Program-made: the position numbers and the translations under genes
DNA from: an uncultured Actinomycetes bacterium
GTDB taxonomy: Bacteria; Actinomycetota; Acidimicrobiia; IMCC26256; PALSA-555
Length of the DNA stretch: 64,000 nucleotides
NCBI GenBank assembly: GCA_963849135.1
Contig: CAWKGF010000005.1
Coordinates: 22,826 to 86,825 of the forward strand
Direction: 5' to 3'
Notes under the pieces: model-generated
The model's database searches: none
What the model was told of the DNA's origin: nothing
The model's input: the letters and a program-made list of their open reading frames with translations, nothing else
Shown here: one piece after another, positions 1 through 9,386 of the stretch
How positions within the stretch are numbered: position 1 is the stretch's first letter
How the letters are laid out: each line of letters opens with the position of its first letter

Positions 1-903
1 GGGCAGCGTGGTCGACCCGCCGCGCACCATCCAGTACACGAGGGTCCCGATGGGGACTCCGAGCGCGAGCCCGCACAGGGCGACGAACCCAGCGAGGGTC
101 GGGAGCGTCCCCCGGCCGAGCGGCAGCCGGTGCGGGGACCGCGCCACCTGGGGGCCGGTCCGGCTGGTGCGGACCGCGCCGCGCTGGGCCGCGGTCTCGC
201 TGGCCAGCACGACGAGGCTGAGCGCGACGAGCACGAGGGACAGCGCGCACGCGGCCGGGGCGTCGAAGCCGACTTGGAACTCGGTGAAGATCTCGGTGGT
301 GAAGGTCTGGAATCGGAGGATCTCGAACGCTCCGTACTCGGCGAGCAGCGCCAGCGCGACGAGGAGGCACCCGCCGAGGATCGCGATGCGGGCTTGGCGG
401 ACGCTGACGCCCCAGAAGGTGCGGAGGCGGCCCCAGCCGAGGCTGCGGGCGATCTCCTCGAAGGCGGGGTCGGCGTGGCGGAGGCTCGCCGCGACGGGGA
501 GGTAGACGAGCGGGTAGGTGGCGAGGGTCATGACGAGCACCGCGCCCCAGAACCCGTGGACGCTGGGGGCGATCGACACCCAGCCGTACCCGACGATGAA
601 GTCGGGAATCGCGACCGGGAGCACGACGAGCACCGCGAACAGGTGGCGGGCTGGCAAGTTGGTCCGCTCGATACACCAGGCGGTGAGCGTGCCGATCACC
701 GCGCAGAGCAGCGTGACGGTCACCGAGAGCCGCACAGTGTTCCAGAGCAGCGTCGCGGTGAGGTGCCGGAATAGGAGGCTCGACAGGTCGGACCAGCCGA
801 CCTGGACCGCCTGGAGGGCGAGGAAGGCCAACGGCGTGGCGAGGAGCATCGCGACGAGGACGCTGACCGCGAGGAGGAGCCGACCACGTCGACGGGCTCG
901 CAC
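1..903 (-). CDS. Fe3+-type ABC transporter permease (FbpB-like), 3' end outside window
   Basis: Absent from the ORF track because it runs off the left edge. Hand translation of the reverse strand gives (GTG)RARRRGRLLLAVSVLVAMLL...TLATYPLVYLPVAASLRHADPAFEEIARSLGWGRLRTFWGV..., a TM-rich permease with an EAA-type loop. It starts 57 nt after the stop of the binding-protein gene. Confidence 0.6.
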   Translation of the reverse strand, partial: MRARRRGRLLLAVSVLVAMLLATPLAFLALQAVQVGWSDLSSLLFRHLTATLLWNTVRLSVTVTLLCAVIGTLTAWCIERTNLPARHLFAVLVVLPVAIPDFIVGYGWVSIAPSVHGFWGAVLVMTLATYPLVYLPVAASLRHADPAFEEIARSLGWGRLRTFWGVSVRQARIAILGGCLLVALALLAEYGAFEILRFQTFTTEIFTEFQVGFDAPAACALSLVLVALSLVVLASETAAQRGAVRTSRTGPQVARSPHRLPLGRGTLPTLAGFVALCGLALGVPIGTLVYWMVRGGSTTLP

Positions 904-962
904 CGGAGCCGGCGGCTCCTCGGCCGTCAGCTCGGGCCGGGCCAGGGGTCCCGCGGCGAGGG

Positions 963-2031
963 TCAGAGCAGCTGCACCTGCTGGAGGAGCGCGATCGCGC
1001 GGCTGACCGTCACCGATCTGCTGGATGTCGAGCGGCGCCGGTTGGAGGGTGTTGAACGGGCGGAGCGGCTGGGCGGTGGTCACGCCGGACCCCAGCGGGT
1101 ACTCGTAGCTCTGGCTGTGGGCGAGGATCTCCTGCCCGGCTGCGCTGACGAGGAACGCGACGAAGCCGCTGGGCGGCCGCCTGGTGCTGGCTGGAGCGGA
1201 GCACCCCGGCGCCGGACACGTCGAGGACGTAGCCGGGGTCGCCGGGCGCGAAGAACGCGATCAGCGGAGTGGACGGCGGGCTTCCCGAGCTCGTCGACCA
1301 TCCGGTACCAGTAGTAGTGGTTGATGATCCCGAGGGCGATCTGACCCTGGTTGACCATCGAGGTGAGCGTCTCGTTGTCGGGGTAGGTGTGGTCGCCGGC
1401 GTTGGACTTGACCCCCTGCAACCACCGGAGCGCGGCCGCGGTGCCGTGGGCCCGTGCGATCGACGTCACGATGGGCTGGAAGTCGGTCTCGCCCGGGGCG
1501 ATGCCGAGCTTGCCGCTCCACTTGCGTGACGCCAGGTCCATCACCGAGCGTCGGCAGCTGGCTCGGCGACAGCAGCCCGGTGTTGTAGATGAGCACGCTG
1601 ACCCGGGCCGACACGCCGACCCAGTCGCCCTTCGGCGAGCTGTACTGGGTCGGCACCGCGGCGAGCGTGGACCGGGCGAGGGGGGCTAGCAGCCCCTTCT
1701 CCTGGAGCAGCTCGAGCGGCGCCGAGTTCTCGGTGTAGAAGGCGTCGGCGGGCGTGTTGGAGCCCTCCTGGACGATCTGGTTGGCGAGGACGTCCTCGTC
1801 GTCGGAGCGGACGTTCACGTGGATGCCGGTCTGGCGCTCGAACGCCGACACCAGCTGGTCGGTCGTCTGCTCGTGCTGGCCGTTGTAGAGCGTGATGGCG
1901 GTCGACGAGCTCGCGGCGCTCGCGGCCTCGGCTCCCGCGGGGAGGACCGCGACGACGGTCGCGACCAGCACCGCAGCGCCGGTGAGCGCCGCCGCGCCTC
2001 GGGTCCGCAGGTGTCGCATCCGGGTCCTCAT
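963..2031 (-). pseudogene. Fe3+ ABC substrate-binding protein (FbpA/AfuA-like) with at least 4 frameshifts
   Basis: The N-terminal half is intact in ORF 1261..2031 (signal peptide, ITLYNGQHEQTTDQLVSAFERQTGI...). The protein continues in ORF 1080..1544 (MDLASRKWSGKLGIAPGETDF...HYYWYRMVDELGKP) and ORF 1010..1219 (DVSGAGVLRSSQHQAAAQ). Two further frames give FVAFLVSAAGQEILAHSQSYEYPLGSG... and RAIALLQQVQLL*. Shifts lie near 1530, 1262, 1165 and 997. An alternative start at 2019 has the better SD. Confidence 0.7.
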
Positions 2032-2050
2032 TCCTCGTGCCCCCGGCTTC

Positions 2051-2069
2051 TAAGGGTAGCCTTACCAAA
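2051..2069. promoter_or_regulatory. IdeR/DtxR-type iron box upstream of the Fe3+ ABC operon
   Basis: The reverse complement of TAAGGGTAGCCTTACCAAA is TTTGGTAAGGCTACCCTTA. It matches the 19-bp consensus TTAGGTTAGGCTAACCTAA at 15/19 positions. It lies 20-50 nt upstream of the binding-protein start. Confidence 0.5.
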
Positions 2070-2198
2070 GTATCGGGACTGGGCGGGGCGGTCCAGGCGA
2101 GTCGAGCCCCCGGGCCAGGAGCGAGACGGGCAGCACGGGGCCGGTCCCCCCGGGGGCGGCACGACGGCACGACGGCCGCCCGACGAGTCGGCGGGGCG

Positions 2199-3404
2199 CT
2201 AGAGGGACCGGAAGGTGTCCTCGACCGACTCGACGAGGTATCCGACGTCGTCGGAGGTCAGCCCGTGGTGGGTGGGCAGCGACAGGGCGTGGTCCATGAC
2301 CCGGTCGGCGTTCGGGAAACCGCCCCGGGGGGCCCGGTGGGGGATGTCGGCGTAGCCGGGTTGGCGGAGGATGTTGCCGGTCCAGACCATGCGGGTCGCG
2401 ACGTTGCGTTCCCCGAGCCGCTCCTGCACCGCGGTGCGGTCCAAGTCGTCGGCGAGCCGGAACGGGTACCGCATCCAGGTCGTGTCGGCGCCGTCGGTCG
2501 TGCGCGGTCGGGTGACCCGGTCATCGAAGGCGGCCATCGCCTCGTCGAGGGTCTCGAAGTTCCGCTGGCGGCGACGGTTGAACTCGGGCAGCTTGTCGAG
2601 CTGCACGAGCCCGTAGGCGGCCATGATCTCCGAGGGCTCGAAGTTGTAGCCGAGGTCGTCAAACACGAAGATCAGGTCGTAGGGGGTCCCGTCGGCGAGG
2701 GGTCCGAACCGGTCGCGGACGCCGTGCCGGCTGCCGAACAGGTACGTCTCCGAGCGGCGTCCCCAGCGCCGGCGCACGAGACACTGATCGTGCGCGGTGT
2801 CGTCGTTCACGCCGACCAGGCCGCCGTTCCCGGCCGCGGTGACGGCATGGGTGCGGGCGAAGCTGGTCACCGACACGTCGGCGCGGGTGCCGGTGCGGGT
2901 GCCGCGAAGCCACGAGTCGAGCACGTCGCAGCTGTCCTCGATGACGACAAGATCGTGTTCGTCGGCGATGGCGCGGATCCGATCCCAGTCCGGACAGTTG
3001 CCGACCAGGTTGGGAGCGAGGATGGCCCGGGTGCGCGGCCCGATCATCTCCGGGATCGCGTCGACGTCGAGCTGGTAGCTGTCGGGCTCGACGTCGACGA
3101 ACGCGGGGACGAGGCCGGATTGGACGAGGGGCGCGACGTCGGACGAGAAGGTCACGACGGAGGTGATGACCTCGTCGCCGGGCTCGGCGTGGAGGAGGTC
3201 GATGGCGAGGCGCAGCGCCGACGTCCCGGAGTTGACCATCACCCCGTGCTGCTTGGCGAGGAGGGCCGCGACGCGGTCTTCGAACGCCGCGACCCGCGCC
3301 CCGAGCTCGAGGGTCGTGGTGCGCAGCACCTCCACGACGGCTTCGATCTCGCGCTCGTCGTGGACGGCTCCCGCCTCGGTGATCCCGCGTCGTTGCTCGG
3401 CCAT
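2199..3404 (-). CDS. DegT/DnrJ/EryC1/StrS-family sugar-modifying enzyme, probable PMP-dependent 3-dehydratase (RfbH/ColD-like)
   Basis: 401 aa ORF with family motifs (GVMVNSGTSALRLAI, IEDSCD, LGYNF). The Schiff-base position reads SFARTH-AVTAAGNGG, so His replaces the usual Lys. Confidence 0.7.
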   Translation of the reverse strand: MAEQRRGITEAGAVHDEREIEAVVEVLRTTTLELGARVAAFEDRVAALLAKQHGVMVNSGTSALRLAIDLLHAEPGDEVITSVVTFSSDVAPLVQSGLVPAFVDVEPDSYQLDVDAIPEMIGPRTRAILAPNLVGNCPDWDRIRAIADEHDLVVIEDSCDVLDSWLRGTRTGTRADVSVTSFARTHAVTAAGNGGLVGVNDDTAHDQCLVRRRWGRRSETYLFGSRHGVRDRFGPLADGTPYDLIFVFDDLGYNFEPSEIMAAYGLVQLDKLPEFNRRRQRNFETLDEAMAAFDDRVTRPRTTDGADTTWMRYPFRLADDLDRTAVQERLGERNVATRMVWTGNILRQPGYADIPHRAPRGGFPNADRVMDHALSLPTHHGLTSDDVGYLVESVEDTFRSL

Positions 3405-3518
3405 CGCGACGCCTAGTTCTAGTCGGCGCCGAGCGAGGTGATGGTGCGATCGGGCCGCGCCGCGCCCGGACCCCGCCGCCCTATGGTGCGCTCACCTGGA
3501 GGCTCAGGAGGGTTGACG

Positions 3519-4424
3519 GTGGGGCCACCCGCGATTCGGACCGACGGCTTGTCGAAGCAGTACGGGCCGGTCAACGCGTTGCGGGATCTCAACCTCGAGG
3601 TCAGGGCGGGCGAGATCGTCGGCTATCTCGGACCTAACGGCGCCGGGAAGACCACCACCTTGCGGCTCCTGCTCGGGCTCATCCGCCCGACCGCGGGGTC
3701 AGCCGAGATCTTCGGGGTCGACTGCCACCGCGAGCCGGTCGAGGCCCATCGGCGCCTGGGCTACGTCGCCGGCGAGGCGAACCTCTGGCCGTCGCTGACC
3801 GGGGCCGAGACCCTCCATCTGCTCGGCCGGGTGCACGGGTCGGTCGATGCTGACTATCGCGACGAGCTGATCGACCGGTTCGACCTCGACCCGTCGAGGA
3901 AGGTGCGCACCTACTCGAAGGGGAACCGCCAGAAGCTGATCCTGATCGGGGCACTGATGTGCCGACCGGAGCTGCTGCTGCTCGACGAGCCGACCAGCGG
4001 CCTCGATCCGTTGATGGAGCAGGTCTTCCGGCGGTGCGTGCACGAGGGGAAGGAACGGGAGCAGACCATCCTCCTGTCCTCGCACACGTTGAGCGAGGTC
4101 GAGGCGCTCTGCGACCGGGTTGCGATCCTGCGGGAGGGTCGGCTGGTCGAGGTGGGGACGCTGGCCGAGCTGCGCCATCTGTCGGCGCTCACGGTGGAGG
4201 CGACGTTCGACGGGTCGACCCCCGACCTCAGCCACGTGCCCGGCGTGCGCGGCGTCCAGGTGGACGGGCACGTGGTGCGCTGCCAGGTGCAGGGCACGGT
4301 CGAGCCGCTGCTCAAGGTGCTCGCCGCCTCCGGGGTGCACGAGCTGCTGAGCCGCGAGCCGTCCCTGGAGGAGCTGTTCCTCGCCCACTACGGGCCCGGC
4401 TCCGAAGCCGCCGATGGCGGTTGA
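3519..4424 (+). CDS. ABC transporter ATP-binding protein (ABC-2/DrrA-like exporter)
   Basis: Walker A GPNGAGKTT, signature YSKGNRQKL, Walker B LLLLDEPTSGLD. A GTG at 3519 follows AGGAGG. The ORF track start at 3438 is probably too far upstream. Confidence 0.8.
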   Translation: MGPPAIRTDGLSKQYGPVNALRDLNLEVRAGEIVGYLGPNGAGKTTTLRLLLGLIRPTAGSAEIFGVDCHREPVEAHRRLGYVAGEANLWPSLTGAETLHLLGRVHGSVDADYRDELIDRFDLDPSRKVRTYSKGNRQKLILIGALMCRPELLLLDEPTSGLDPLMEQVFRRCVHEGKEREQTILLSSHTLSEVEALCDRVAILREGRLVEVGTLAELRHLSALTVEATFDGSTPDLSHVPGVRGVQVDGHVVRCQVQGTVEPLLKVLAASGVHELLSREPSLEELFLAHYGPGSEAADGG

Positions 4425-6056
4425 CGCCAGCGTGACGCTGCGGCCGGTCCGCTCGGCCGCGACCGTGATCTCGGGCGTCACGGCCCGCAAGGCGATCCGG
4501 TCGGGCGCGGTTTGGGGAGCCGTGTTCGGCGTGTACCTCGCCGCGCAGGCGCTGACGTACGCGTCGACGTACAAGACGGCGGCGGCACGCCACCTGCTGG
4601 TGGTGCAGTTCGGATCGAACTCCGGGGTGGCCGCGATCGCGGGACCGGCCCGCGACATCAGCTCGGTGGCCGGGTTCACGGCCTGGAAGTGCCTCCTCGT
4701 CCTCGCCGTGGTCGGCGCGGTCTGGGGTCTGCTGCTCAGCACCCGGCTGCTGCGGGGAGAGGAGGACGCCGGGCGGTGGGAGCTGCTGCTGATCGGGCAG
4801 ACCACGCGTCGGCGGGGGGCCGTCCAGGCGATCGGTGGCCTGGCCGCCGGGCTCGCCGTCTTGTGGGCGGTCACCGCGCTCCTCACCGTCCTGGTGGGCC
4901 GCTCCTCGAAGGTGCAGATCAGCGCGCCGGGGGCTCTGTACCTCGCCCTGGCCGTCGCGTCGGGGGCGGCGATGTTCCTGGCGCTGGGAGCGCTGACGAG
5001 CCAGCTCGCGCCGACGCGCCGGCAGGCCGCCGGCTACGCCGCCGCTGTGCTGGGGGTCAGCTACGGGGTGCGTATGGTGGCGGACTCGAGCGCCGGCGTG
5101 GCGTGGCTTCGCTGGGCGAGTCCGCTCGGCTGGATCGAGGAGCTGCAGCCGCTCACCTCGCCCCGGCCGGTGGCATTGCTGCCGATCTCGGCGTGGACGG
5201 TCATCGCCCTTGGCCTCGCGGTGCACCTCGCCGGTCAGCGGGACCTCGGGGCCAGCACCATCCCGGACCGGTCGACCGCCCCCGCCCGCACCCGGTTGCT
5301 GAGCGGTCCGCTCGGCTTGACGGTGCGGCTCAACCGGGCTGCCCTGCTCGCCTGGGCGGTCGCGATCGGCCTGACGGGACTGCTGCTCGGCAGCGTCGCG
5401 AAGTCGGCCGGCGCCGCGCTCAACAGCTCGCCGACCATCCGCCGGGCCCTCGCCCGGATCGGTGCGTCGGGGAACGGGGCGACCGAGTACCTCGGGGTGG
5501 CGTTCCTGATCGCGGCGGTGCTCGTCGCGTGCGCCGCCGCGGGCCAGATCAGCGCGGCCCGCGCCGAGGAGGCGGACGGACGACTCGACCCGCTCCTGGT
5601 CCGGGTCGTGTCACGACGCTCGTGGCTCGGTGGGCGGCTCCTCGTGGCGGCGATCGCGGTCGTCGCGACCGGCGTCCTGGCCGGACTGCTGGCGTGGGTC
5701 GGAGCGGCGGCGCAGGGCACGGGGATCGGATTGGCTCGCTGCTCCAAGCTGGCGTCAACATCGCCCCGCCGGGCCTGGTCATCCTGGGCGTCGGCACCCT
5801 CGCCTTCGGCGTCTGGCCAAGGGCGTCGACGCTGGCCACCTACGGGTACTTGACCTGGTCGTTCCTCGTCGAGCTGGTCGGCAGCGTCGCCGGCCTGAAC
5901 CACTGGATCCTGGACACGTCGGTCTTCCACCAGATGACCCCGGCGCCCGCGGTCTCGGCGGACTGGACCACGAACGCGGTGATGGTGGCGATCGCGGCCG
6001 CGGCGGTGCTGATCGGTCTCGTGGCGTTCCGAGCCCGCGACCTGAGCAGCGCGTAG
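4414..6056 (+). CDS. ABC-2 type transporter permease, one frameshift near 5730
   Basis: Polytopic TM protein in ORF 4414..5853 up to ...AAAQGTGIG. It continues in the frame of ORF 4512..6056 (SLLQAGVNIAPPGLVILGVGTLAFGVWP...FRARDLSSA*). It overlaps the ATPase stop by 11 nt. Confidence 0.65.
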
Positions 6057-6080
6057 CCACCCGCCGTCGGCACGATCGGC

Positions 6081-7352
6081 TCAGCCGAAGGCGGGCCGGA
6101 GCGGATACCCGCCGCTGCGATCGAAGAGCTTCGTCGCGAGCACCTGGTGGATCTCGTTGCGGCCGAGCTCGAACCAGCGTCCCGCGCCAGCCATGTAGAG
6201 GTGCCAGACCCGGGCTCGGGCGTCGCCGGCCTCACGTACCGCGTCGTCCCACCCGGCTTCGAGGTTCCGCACCCAGCGACGCAGCGTCAGCGCGTAGTGA
6301 TCGCGGAGGCTCTCGACGTGGCGGACCTCGAAGCCGGCGTGCTGCATTGCCGAGACGACCGCGCCGACCTCGTGCAGCTCCCCATCGGGGAAGACGTACC
6401 GGGCGAAGAACTCCGGCTCGAGACGCCGACGACCGACCCTGGGCTCGAGGCGACCGTCTCGCCGCGGCTTGCCGCCACGGCCCGGCTTCGTGATCCCGTG
6501 GTTCAGGAACCGGCCGCCAGGGGCGAGCAGCGCCTCACAGGCCTCGAAGTAGACGGCGAGCTGCGCCAGCCCGACGTGCTCGAACATGCCGATCGAGCTG
6601 ATCGCCTCGTACGGGCCGTCGTCGACGTCCCGGTAGTCCTGGTACCGGATCTCGATCCGGTCGGCGAGGCCGGCGTCGCGGACCCGCTGGGCGGCGAGCT
6701 CAGCCTGGCGATGCGACAGCGTGACGCCGACGCCCCGCACTCCGTGGTGCTGCGCGGCGTGGAGGAGCATGCTCCCCCAGCCGCAGCCGACGTCGAGGAG
6801 CCGCATGCCGGGCTCGAGGGCGAGCTTCTGGCAGACGAGCTCGTGCTTGGCGGCTTGGGCCTCTTCGAGCGTCGCCGTGGTGTCGGTCCACACCGCGCAC
6901 GAGTAGGTGAGCGAGGGTCCGAGCACGATCCGGTAGAAGTCGTTCGAGACGTCGTAGTGGTAGGCGACCGCGGCCGCGTCGCGGGCCTTCGAGTGCCGCC
7001 GGCCGTGGAGGCGCGCCTCTTCGGGGGGCGGGCGCAGCGGTGGGAGGCCGGCGATCCCCACCAGCCCCAGCAGCTCGGCGATCTGCGCGGGCCGTACCTT
7101 GATCGTCTCGAGCTGCTCCTGGAGCGCGACGGCCTCGTAGATGTCCCCGTCGAGGTCGAGGTCCCCGGCAACGTAGGCGCGGGCGAGTCCGAGCTCGCCC
7201 GGCGCGGCGAGAAGCCGACGCAGCGCGTCCGGCGACCGAACGGTGACCCTCACCTTCGCCTCGGGGGGGTCGAGCTCGCTGCCGTCGTACGCCCGAACCG
7301 CCACCGGCGCCTCGGGTCCCACGAGTCCGCTGACGAACGTGGCCACCGTCAT
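6081..7352 (-). CDS. cfa: Cyclopropane-fatty-acyl-phospholipid synthase family SAM methyltransferase
   Basis: LDVGCGWGSMLLHAAQHHGVRGVGVTLS SAM motif plus CMAS-family N- and C-terminal regions. The ATG at 7352 is preceded by GGAGGTGGAG. Confidence 0.8.
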   Translation of the reverse strand: MTVATFVSGLVGPEAPVAVRAYDGSELDPPEAKVRVTVRSPDALRRLLAAPGELGLARAYVAGDLDLDGDIYEAVALQEQLETIKVRPAQIAELLGLVGIAGLPPLRPPPEEARLHGRRHSKARDAAAVAYHYDVSNDFYRIVLGPSLTYSCAVWTDTTATLEEAQAAKHELVCQKLALEPGMRLLDVGCGWGSMLLHAAQHHGVRGVGVTLSHRQAELAAQRVRDAGLADRIEIRYQDYRDVDDGPYEAISSIGMFEHVGLAQLAVYFEACEALLAPGGRFLNHGITKPGRGGKPRRDGRLEPRVGRRRLEPEFFARYVFPDGELHEVGAVVSAMQHAGFEVRHVESLRDHYALTLRRWVRNLEAGWDDAVREAGDARARVWHLYMAGAGRWFELGRNEIHQVLATKLFDRSGGYPLRPAFG

Positions 7353-7562
7353 CGCTCCACCTCCCCCGACCACCGGTGCGGCGAGCACGACAGGCCGCGC
7401 GGGACGGTCGCGCCCACCACGCTAGACGTCGCGGCCCGCACCGTCGACGGGCCCGGTCGCGTCGCGCCGCTCAAGACCCAGACGCGGTGGTTGCCGCGAG
7501 GGGCGTACCCGTTCGTCCCCGGGCGGTCGGCGAGACCGTCCGCTAGAGTCCGGCCCTCCGGC

Positions 7563-8414
7563 ATGGCGCAGACACCGAGCAACGTCGCCCCGATCGAGGA
7601 CTGGAACCGGCTGCTCGACGGGCGGGTCGTGGTCGTCACCGGCGGTGGTGACGGCATCGGCGGTGCGATCAGCCGCCTGTTCGCCCGCCACGGGGGTCTG
7701 GTCGAGGTCGCCGAGATCGACCCGGCGCGTGCCGAGGCGACGGTCGAGGCCATCCGCGCCGAGGGCGGCACCGCGTCCTCGACCGTCGTGGACGTCCGCC
7801 GGCAGGGCGACGTCGACCGGCTCGCGGCGGGCGTGCTGGACCGCCACGGCCGGATCGACGTCCTGGTCAACAACGTCGGCGACTACCGCCCTCTGGTGCG
7901 GTTCCACGACGCCACGCCGGAATCGATCGACGCGATGTACCAGATCAACCTGCACCACTTCTTCTCGGTCACGCGGGCGTTCATCGGCGCCATGATCGAG
8001 GAGCACCGCGGAACGATCGTGAACGTGCACTCGGTCGAGGCGATGCGCGGCTATCCGGGCGACCCGGTGTACGGGGCGATGAAAGCCGCGGTCGCGCACT
8101 TCACGACCAACCTGGCCGTGCAGTACGGCCGGCACGGCATCCGGGTCAATGGCATCGGGCCGGACCTGACCCAGACGCCGCAGGTCGACTACCTGGGCGG
8201 TCCGAGCGAGGACGAACTGTGGGCCTCGTGGGCGCCGGTGGGTCGACTCGGCTGGCCCGAGGACCAGGCTCGCGTCGCGCTGTTCCTCGCCTCCGACCTG
8301 TCGGGCTTCGTGACCGGCCACAACATCCCGGTCGACGGCGGCACGAAGGCCGGCGGCGGCTGGTTCTACTCCCCCACCGCTCGTCGGTTCGTCAACCGGC
8401 CAACGGGTCTGTAG
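7563..8414 (+). CDS. SDR family oxidoreductase
   Basis: TGGGDGIGGAI cofactor motif, NNVG, YGAMKAAV catalytic motif. The true ATG is at 7563. The long ORF 6147..8414 is an upstream read-through antisense to cfa. Confidence 0.8.
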   Translation: MAQTPSNVAPIEDWNRLLDGRVVVVTGGGDGIGGAISRLFARHGGLVEVAEIDPARAEATVEAIRAEGGTASSTVVDVRRQGDVDRLAAGVLDRHGRIDVLVNNVGDYRPLVRFHDATPESIDAMYQINLHHFFSVTRAFIGAMIEEHRGTIVNVHSVEAMRGYPGDPVYGAMKAAVAHFTTNLAVQYGRHGIRVNGIGPDLTQTPQVDYLGGPSEDELWASWAPVGRLGWPEDQARVALFLASDLSGFVTGHNIPVDGGTKAGGGWFYSPTARRFVNRPTGL

Positions 8415-8416
8415 CG

Positions 8417-9376
8417 ATGTCGACATCGACGCGGCCCGCGCAGCTCTCGGTCGGGGTGACCTCGTTCTCGGCCGAGGACCCCGGCAGCTGGGAGCCGCTG
8501 TTCGCGACCGCCCGGCGGCTCGACCAGGCCGGCGTGGATCGTCTCGTCGTCTCCGACCACGTGGTGTTCGGCGAACATCTCGAGGAGTACGGGCGACCCG
8601 AGATCGGGGGGCAGGTCGGCGGGAAGCAGCCGACCGGGCCCGACGGGCACTGGCTCGAGCCGCTCACCACCCTGGCCGTGCTGGCCGGGATGACGTCGAG
8701 GATCCGGCTCGCCACCAACATCATCGTGGCGGCGCTGCGCCGCCCCGCGGTGCTGGCCAAGAGCACCGCGACGCTCGACGTGCTCTCGGGCGGCCGGCTC
8801 GATCTGGGCGTCGGGGTCGGCTGGCAGCGCGAGGAGTACGAAGCGGCCGGGCTCGACTTCGAGAGCCGGGGCCGGCTGCTCGACCACTCCCTCGAGGTGC
8901 TCCAGACCCTGTGGCGGGAGCAGCGGGCACGCTACGAGTCACCGGAGCTGCGGTTCGAGGCGATCCACATGATGCCGAAGCCGGCGCAGCCGAGCGGGGT
9001 CCCCATCTGGGTGAGCGGCACCGTGAACCCGCGGGTGGTTCGACGCGTCGCCCGGTTCGGGTCGGGATGGGTCCCGTGGGGTCCGGCGGCGGCCGACCCG
9101 CGCACGGGCATCGCGCAGATGAAGGAGGCGCTGGCGGCCGCCGGCCGTGACCCGTCCGATCTCCAGGTGACCGGCACCTTGCCGGTGGTGCGCCGCGACG
9201 ATCGCAGCCTCGACGTCGAGCGGACGATGGACGCCGTCCCCGACCTGATCGACGCCGGCCTGACCGACCTGCGAGGTCGGTTCGCGCTCCCCGACGACCC
9301 GTCCGCGGCGCTCGACCAGCTGCGCGGCATCGTCCGCGCGTTCCGAGCCGCCGCGGGCCGTACCGACCCTGTCTGA
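8417..9376 (+). CDS. LLM-class (luciferase-like) flavin/F420-dependent oxidoreductase
   Basis: MSTSTRPAQLSVGV...LATNIIVAALRRPAVLAKSTATLDVLSGGRLDLGVGVGWQREEYEAAG is a typical LLM TIM-barrel signature. Confidence 0.7.
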   Translation: MSTSTRPAQLSVGVTSFSAEDPGSWEPLFATARRLDQAGVDRLVVSDHVVFGEHLEEYGRPEIGGQVGGKQPTGPDGHWLEPLTTLAVLAGMTSRIRLATNIIVAALRRPAVLAKSTATLDVLSGGRLDLGVGVGWQREEYEAAGLDFESRGRLLDHSLEVLQTLWREQRARYESPELRFEAIHMMPKPAQPSGVPIWVSGTVNPRVVRRVARFGSGWVPWGPAAADPRTGIAQMKEALAAAGRDPSDLQVTGTLPVVRRDDRSLDVERTMDAVPDLIDAGLTDLRGRFALPDDPSAALDQLRGIVRAFRAAAGRTDPV

Positions 9377-9386
9377 GCGAGGTGCC

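Noticed and set aside
6147-7562. N-terminal 470 aa of ORF 6147..8414
   Set aside because: It is antisense to cfa and compositionally biased. The SDR domain begins at the ATG at 7563.
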